The position numbers and the translations under genes were made by a program. The notes under the pieces are model-generated. The model searched no databases. It had not been told where the DNA came from and saw only the letters and a program-made list of their open reading frames with translations. From the NCBI GenBank assembly GCA_038727095.1, contig JAVYWK010000020.1:1-35286 (forward strand): a DNA stretch of 35,286 bases, read 5' to 3'. Source of the DNA: Thermofilaceae archaeon. Its GTDB lineage: Archaea; Thermoproteota; Thermoprotei; Thermofilales; Thermofilaceae. Of the stretch, positions 33,761 through 35,286 are shown piece after piece. Position 1 is the first letter of the stretch. The number at the start of each line of letters is the position of its first letter.

Positions 33761-35286
33761 AGTGAGCGGGGGCCGCGCTAAGCTCTGGTTCAAGGATTTC
33801 GATGGAGGAGTCGAGGTGGAGGGGGCGGAGTTCAAGCCCTACTTTCTGGCCATGATGGATCTGGATTCAAGCCTCGCACAAACACTGCTGGAGGCGGGCT
33901 TCGAGCTGGAGCGTGTGAGCAGGAGGCTCTTCCCGAGCGGTGAAGCGGAGCTCACAAGGGTGGAGCATAGCTCCGTGAGAGCGCTCGCTAAGGCCAGGCT
34001 TCTCCTGGAGCGGAGCGGCATCACCCTGTACGACGTGGACGTGAGGAGCGAGCAGAAGCTTCTAGCCTCCCGGCGGCTCCTAGCGTTGACACCGCAGCTC
34101 GAGGATTGTGAGGCCCGGTTTGAGCCCCTACCCCTAACCGTTCTCTCCCTCAAGGTGCGCGAGAGCACCGCGGGGTTGAAGGTACTGGCGGGGCTCGAAG
34201 GGAGGGTTCGGCGATTAAAGGGCGGCGACGCTAGGGTGGCTAAGGGGTTGGCGGAGCTGGTTGAGAGCTTCGATCCCGACGTTATCTCTTCCAACGTCAG
34301 CGTGGGAGAGTTAGCCGGGATCGCGTCCCGCCTCCTGCGCGCGTGGGAAGGCTTCAAGCTGGGTAGGGGGAGCCTTATGGGCGGCCGGATCCTTGTCAGT
34401 GAAGGCGTGCTGGAACAGGTTGGGCTGGAGGGGTTGGAGGAGCGGTGCTGGTTCTCCGGTCTACCCCCCACGCTGGCCGCCGGTACGAGCTATGGGCTGC
34501 TGGTGGAGGCAAGGCAGACCTACCTTCTGCTCAGTAGGGGTTACGCGGTGCCGAAGAGGGGTAACGGGAACTTCGTCCTTCGCCCCGCTAACTTGCTCCA
34601 CGCGCGGGATAAGGACGGGTTGATCAAGAGGCCGATCGTCGGCGTCTACGAGAACGTGGCTGAGCTGGACTTCGAATCCATGTTCCCGGGCTTGATTGTC
34701 AAGCACAATATCAGCTACGAGACTGTCACCCACGAGAGTGTCGCGCCGGAGCCGAGGGGTCTCCTGGTGGACGTCGTTGAGCCGGTGCTCCGCAGGAGGC
34801 TCATGCTCAAGAGGTTGAGGGATCAGCTATCGGGCGGGGATCGGCTACACGCGGAGCTGCGGCAGAGGGAGTTGAAGATGCTGCTCGTCTCCTGCTACGG
34901 CTACAGCGGTAACAGCAGGAACCGTTTGGGCAACCCGCTGACCTTTGAGTGGATCAACAGGTTGGCCAGGGAGACCCTGATCAGAGTCTACGAGCACGTG
35001 GAAAGCAGGGGATACCGGGTCGTGTACGGGGACACGGATAGCGTCTTCGTCCAGAAGTCCGGCGCGAAACCGTCCGAGTACGCGGAGCTGGCTGGGGAGC
35101 TGGCGGCGCTGACGGGCCTCCCCGTGAAGCTCGAGCGAATCTACAAGTTCATCGCGTTCCCAGCGGCTAGGAGCCTACCGGGCGCGCCTCTAAAGAGGTA
35201 CTTTGGAGTCACCCTGGAGGGAGAGCTGGTCTTCAAGGGTGTCGAAGCGGCCAGGCGCGACACGCCTCCTGCAGCCAAGAGGCTGC
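33726..35286 (+). CDS. polB2: Family B DNA polymerase, PolB2 group, partial (runs off window)
   Basis: Not in the ORF track because it has no stop in the window. Manual translation from GTG 33726 shows ELDFESMFP, QRELKMLLVSCYGYSG and VYGDTDSVFV; no recognisable proofreading exonuclease motifs. Confidence 0.9.
   Translation, partial: MAGAARFLLEVEVSGGRAKLWFKDFDGGVEVEGAEFKPYFLAMMDLDSSLAQTLLEAGFELERVSRRLFPSGEAELTRVEHSSVRALAKARLLLERSGITLYDVDVRSEQKLLASRRLLALTPQLEDCEARFEPLPLTVLSLKVRESTAGLKVLAGLEGRVRRLKGGDARVAKGLAELVESFDPDVISSNVSVGELAGIASRLLRAWEGFKLGRGSLMGGRILVSEGVLEQVGLEGLEERCWFSGLPPTLAAGTSYGLLVEARQTYLLLSRGYAVPKRGNGNFVLRPANLLHARDKDGLIKRPIVGVYENVAELDFESMFPGLIVKHNISYETVTHESVAPEPRGLLVDVVEPVLRRRLMLKRLRDQLSGGDRLHAELRQRELKMLLVSCYGYSGNSRNRLGNPLTFEWINRLARETLIRVYEHVESRGYRVVYGDTDSVFVQKSGAKPSEYAELAGELAALTGLPVKLERIYKFIAFPAARSLPGAPLKRYFGVTLEGELVFKGVEAARRDTPPAAKRL

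Overview
Archaeal chromosomal window, most likely Thermoproteales/Thermofilaceae (inferred from AGG-rich Arg codons, frequent GTG/TTG starts, TATA-type promoters, hypDCE, and a polB2 cassette). The left ~11.5 kb is accessory. It holds an RHH/DUF5678-like + retropepsin pair, a highly base-paired ~240-nt non-coding segment, an FMN reductase, two sugar/amide-metabolism genes and a VapBC pair. It also holds two small Cys/His proteins, a ParA + PD-(D/E)xK nuclease bicistron, an archaeal P-loop ATPase behind a tandem palindrome, and a lower-GC decayed zone containing a Ser/Thr kinase pseudogene. A CAU tRNA (probably Ile2) follows. The middle has a hypD-hypC-hypE operon extended by degenerate MBL and acetyl-CoA-synthetase-like genes, then a six-gene alkyl-DHAP-synthase-like / G3P dehydrogenase / glycerol-kinase-like operon. 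The right end has an ABC-type permease, DUF5131, an APC permease, a GAF fRMsr, and an iRadA-small protein-PolB2 operon running off the window. The best novelty candidates are the structured RNA at ~645-885, the putative ether-lipid/alkylglycerol scavenging operon, the ParA-nuclease pair and the tandem palindrome before the ATPase. All family calls come from reading motifs by eye; no database searches were run.
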